From positions 7,100 through 71,099 of the forward strand of contig JAGAIS010000006.1 of NCBI GenBank assembly GCA_017626405.1: a stretch of 64,000 nucleotides of DNA, in the 5' to 3' direction. Numbering within the stretch: the stretch's first letter is position 1; each line of letters starts with the position of its first letter. The notes under the pieces were generated by a model. The model saw nothing but the letters and a program-made list of their open reading frames with translations. It had not been told where the DNA came from and did no database searches. Made by a program: the position numbers and the translations under genes. Origin of the DNA: Bacilli bacterium (GTDB taxonomy: Bacteria > Bacillota_I > Bacilli_A > RF39 > UBA660). Positions 62,468 through 64,000 of this stretch are shown one piece after another.

Positions 62468-63757
62468 ATGAAAAAAAGAAGAAATAAGAAAAAAAGAGTG
62501 CTATCATTCTTAATGATAATATTATTAGTTGGTATAATTGGTACATCTTGTTATTTTCTAATAACTAATAAAGAAAACAATAATAATAAAGATAATCCTA
62601 CAATAAAGACAACTAAGAAGAATAATAGTAAAGACAAAGATTATTCTTTCTCGACGACTATTGATGAATTAGATACTTATTATTTAGCATTAAATGGCAA
62701 GAAGACTATGAGTATTACCTATAATACTGATTCTAATTATGATAATAAAATCAAATGGACAGTAGCTGATGAATCAATAATTACGATAGATGATAATAAT
62801 TGTATTCACGGTATTAAAAATGGTACAACTACACTTACTGGTGAACTAAAAAATGGATTCAAGAGAACTTATAATATAATGGTTACTGATTTAATTGTAC
62901 CACCAAAAGTAAATCATAAAAAAACAGCATTACCTTGTGAAAGATATACTAAAGAAGAAGCCGATTTATTAGATAAAATATTGGCGTCACGCGTTCAAGA
63001 GGGTGGAGAAGGTTCTCGTGGCGGAGTACTTGCTGCTGCTAGATTTATTACATTGGAATTCCCTTACTTAATTAAATATTTCAATGAGAACGGAAGAATG
63101 CCATTTAAAAGCGATTCAGGGAAAGAAGTATCGATTAAAACTCCAGTTGATGGAGAGGGAAGATACTATCATAAGGGATTATACTTACATGAATCGAAAT
63201 TCGAAACTCTATATAAAAATCCTACAACCGGAAAAGCATATACAAAACAAGGTCCTGCTATTTGGGGTTGTCCATTATATGATGAATTTGTCGGCAGAAA
63301 AAAAGCCAATGGACTAACTTGTTCAGGATTTGTAACATGGGCTATGTACAATGGCGGGTTTGATGTTGGAGATCTTGGTGCTGGAACATTAGGATATGAA
63401 AAAGAACTATATAAACTAGGTGAACACCATGAAATAACTAGAGCATATATAGATGGTAAGACATATAAAGTGGGAGACTATATTGCAAGACAAGGACATG
63501 CTGCATTAATTATTGGTATTGATGATAAAGCAATATATGTTGCTGAAGAATTGCCAAAAGTTAGTATTGGTGCTGGAGGTTCTTCAGGAAACCTTGATTT
63601 AAATGCTTATGTATACGGAAAATATGATAATACGACACCACTACCAGGACATAATAAAAAAGGTATCCTAGTAGATGGAAATTTAAAATTTGTTATTGAA
63701 ATGTCTGATATCTATCCAAATGGGGATGGATGGTACACAGATATGTGGGAATCTTAA
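62468..63757 (+). CDS. secreted Big_2 (Ig-like) domain protein with a C-terminal NlpC/P60-like cysteine peptidase region
   Basis: Signal anchor; Ig-like pattern (I.WTVADESIITID....I.GIKNGTTTLTG); LTCSGFVTWAMYNGG (catalytic Cys context) and GHAALIIG (His). Confidence 0.5.
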   Translation: MKKRRNKKKRVLSFLMIILLVGIIGTSCYFLITNKENNNNKDNPTIKTTKKNNSKDKDYSFSTTIDELDTYYLALNGKKTMSITYNTDSNYDNKIKWTVADESIITIDDNNCIHGIKNGTTTLTGELKNGFKRTYNIMVTDLIVPPKVNHKKTALPCERYTKEEADLLDKILASRVQEGGEGSRGGVLAAARFITLEFPYLIKYFNENGRMPFKSDSGKEVSIKTPVDGEGRYYHKGLYLHESKFETLYKNPTTGKAYTKQGPAIWGCPLYDEFVGRKKANGLTCSGFVTWAMYNGGFDVGDLGAGTLGYEKELYKLGEHHEITRAYIDGKTYKVGDYIARQGHAALIIGIDDKAIYVAEELPKVSIGAGGSSGNLDLNAYVYGKYDNTTPLPGHNKKGILVDGNLKFVIEMSDIYPNGDGWYTDMWES

Positions 63758-63758
63758 T

Positions 63759-63788
63759 AAAAACACTTTAAACTAAGTGTTTTTTTTG
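63759..63788 (+). terminator. rho-independent terminator
   Basis: Stem aaacactt/aagtgttt, then T-run. Confidence 0.55.
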
Positions 63789-63795
63789 TTATAAT
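63787..63795 (+). promoter_or_regulatory. extended -10 element (TGtTATAAT) for pdp
   Basis: Overlaps the end of the terminator T-run, 22 nt upstream of ATG 63817. Confidence 0.4.
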
Positions 63796-63816
63796 ATTTT
63801 TATAGTAGGTGATAGT

Positions 63817-64000
63817 ATGAATATTCTAAGTATTATAACGAGGAAGAAAAATGGCAACAATCTTTCCTATGATGAATTGAAGTACGCTTTTAACGGATAT
63901 TTAAATGGTGAAATACCAGATTACCAAATGAGTTCACTACTCATGGCAATAACAATAAATGGGATGAGTAAATCAGAGACACTATCACTAACAGATATAT
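63817..64000 (+). CDS. pdp: pyrimidine-nucleoside phosphorylase, 3' end cut by the window edge
   Basis: MNILSIITRKKNG..LSY.EL...FNGYLNGEIPDYQMSSLLMAI..NGMS..ET..LT. AGGTGA SD. Confidence 0.85.
   Translation, partial: MNILSIITRKKNGNNLSYDELKYAFNGYLNGEIPDYQMSSLLMAITINGMSKSETLSLTDI

Noticed and set aside
63084-63351. Nested + and - ORFs (63084-63317 and 63169-63351) inside the Big_2/NlpC-P60-like gene.
   Set aside because: They are out of frame or antisense within a longer ORF that has recognisable domain motifs.
1-64000. A search for rRNA, tRNA, tmRNA, CRISPR arrays, IS elements, T-box elements or riboswitches in every intergenic gap longer than 60 nt.
   Set aside because: The gaps are short, extremely AT-rich, and accounted for by promoters and terminators. 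None shows a cloverleaf-compatible GC-rich stem, a repeat-spacer pattern, terminal inverted repeats or a specifier/T-box-like sequence. This is a visual inspection only; tRNAscan and Infernal were not run.

Overview
A very AT-rich chromosomal segment from an endospore-forming, low-GC Firmicute. Much of the gene order matches Bacillus subtilis blocks: radC-mreCD-spoIVFAB-rplU-ysxB-rpmA; cca/dnaD-nth; lon, spoVID-ysxE; ylbJ/ylbL, ylbD-ylbE; dnaG-sigA-trmK; lepA-hemW; rpsU-yqeY-yqfC-yqfD-ybeY-era-yqzL-recO. An Erysipelotrichia- or Bacilli-like organism is my guess only. I support about 65 protein-coding genes, nearly all on the + strand, using motifs recalled from memory, synteny and Shine-Dalgarno/start context. 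Many ORF-track starts were moved to the first start codon with an AGGTGA/GGAGG site. I saw no rRNA, tRNA, CRISPR array, IS element or prophage. Many hairpin+T-run terminators and sigma-A-like promoters (TTGACA-17-TATAAT or extended TGnTATAAT) can be read directly. The main hunt result is a compact locus at 10.3-12.65 kb. A C39-peptidase ABC exporter is followed by two sORFs (46 and 51 aa) that fall below the ORF-track cutoff. They are translationally coupled and both begin with double-glycine-type leaders, which suggests a two-peptide bacteriocin-like system with no visible immunity, accessory or regulatory gene. Other points of interest: a type IV pilin fused to adhesin-type domains with a C-terminal membrane anchor, next to a strongly promoted major pilin; an orphan minor-pilin trio; a three-member family of membrane-anchored proteins with cadherin-like beta-sandwich domains; an isolated rnfC/rnfD-like pair; a short AlaRS lacking the C-terminal domain; unknown genes inserted into conserved blocks; several unannotated micro-ORFs; and a perfect 19-bp palindromic terminator that encodes the C-termini of both convergent genes. 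All calls come from reading the sequence by eye; no database search was run.
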